Assembly (NCBI GenBank): GCA_963555825.3
Contig: CAUVXB020000002.1
Location: forward strand, 2,336,001 to 2,400,000
Reading direction: 5' to 3'
DNA from: Alphaproteobacteria bacterium
GTDB taxonomy: Bacteria > Pseudomonadota > Alphaproteobacteria > JAAXGF01
Length of the DNA: 64,000 nucleotides
The first letter of the stretch is position 1; each line of letters begins with the position of its first letter. The notes below the pieces were generated by a model. It saw only the letters and a list, made by a program, of their open reading frames with translations. It had not been told where the DNA came from and searched no databases. A program made the translations under genes and the position numbers. Below are positions 63,519 to 64,000 of the stretch, piece after piece.

Positions 63519-64000
63519 ATGGCCGACCCGGTAGTCGAGTTCTACGACCGCTTAAGCCTCGAGTATCGTCACAACATGGGGTGGGACTGGGAGGCGGGGG
63601 TGCGCCGGGAAGGCGCATCGCTCGACCGTTTCCTCGCGAACTCGGTGGGGCGTCAGGGTCCCTATTCTGTGCTTGACTGCACCTGCGGAATCGGCACCCA
63701 GGCAATCGGCCTGGCGCTTCACGGCCACCAAGTCCACGCCACGGACTTGAGCCCGGTGGCGGTCGACTGCGCCCGGCGGGAGGCCACCGACTTCGGCGTA
63801 TCGATGAATTTCGGTGTCGCCGACTTTCGCAAGCTGAGCGCCGCCATCTCCGATACCTTCGACGTCGTCCTTTCGTGCGACAACTCGATCGCCCACTGTC
63901 TCGACGACGACAATCTCGCCGCCGCCTTGGCCAGTATGAAGACCAGGCTCAAGCCCGGCGGCCTGCTGCTCTTGAGCATCAGGGACTATGACGCGCTGGT
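63519..64000 (+). CDS. Class I SAM-dependent methyltransferase (partial), glycine/sarcosine N-methyltransferase-like
   Basis: VLDCTCGIGT motif I, FDVVLSCDNSIAH, LKPGG; runs off the window end. Confidence 0.88.
   Translation, partial: MADPVVEFYDRLSLEYRHNMGWDWEAGVRREGASLDRFLANSVGRQGPYSVLDCTCGIGTQAIGLALHGHQVHATDLSPVAVDCARREATDFGVSMNFGVADFRKLSAAISDTFDVVLSCDNSIAHCLDDDNLAAALASMKTRLKPGGLLLLSIRDYDAL

Overview
GC-rich alphaproteobacterial chromosome segment (Rhodospirillales/Kiloniellales-like judging by gene content; inference) undergoing heavy insertion-sequence expansion and gene decay. The first ~30 kb is almost all mobile DNA: IS630 (3 copies of one element, two in tandem), IS21 x2, two IS3-family types, IS1380, IS256, IS1182, a truncated group II intron and a remnant of a second, and a broken tyrosine integrase. 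Intact nirK and sodC and several decayed secreted-protein genes sit among them. From 31 to 60 kb the content is mostly metabolic: CoA ligase/enoyl-CoA hydratase, chaC, an ectoine-related five-gene cluster, sdhCDAB, mlaC, mch/mcl, an NCS2 permease and three toxin-antitoxin pairs, with further IS (ISKra4, two other IS630, IS3) and a MITE. Main highlights: (1) a cluster of EctD-like dioxygenase, DoeA/EutD-like hydrolase, SAF oxidoreductase, double-domain EctC and a Rieske-less oxygenase alpha subunit, with no ectAB in the window; (2) a group II intron inserted 13 nt inside a MITE-type terminal inverted repeat, with a matching candidate EBS1; (3) a 752-bp transposase-less cassette with perfect 43-bp TIRs, an 8-bp TSD and a passenger gene; (4) degenerate ~30-bp palindromes bracketing low-GC single-gene inserts. 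No rRNA, tRNA or CRISPR array was seen. All calls were made by eye without database searches.
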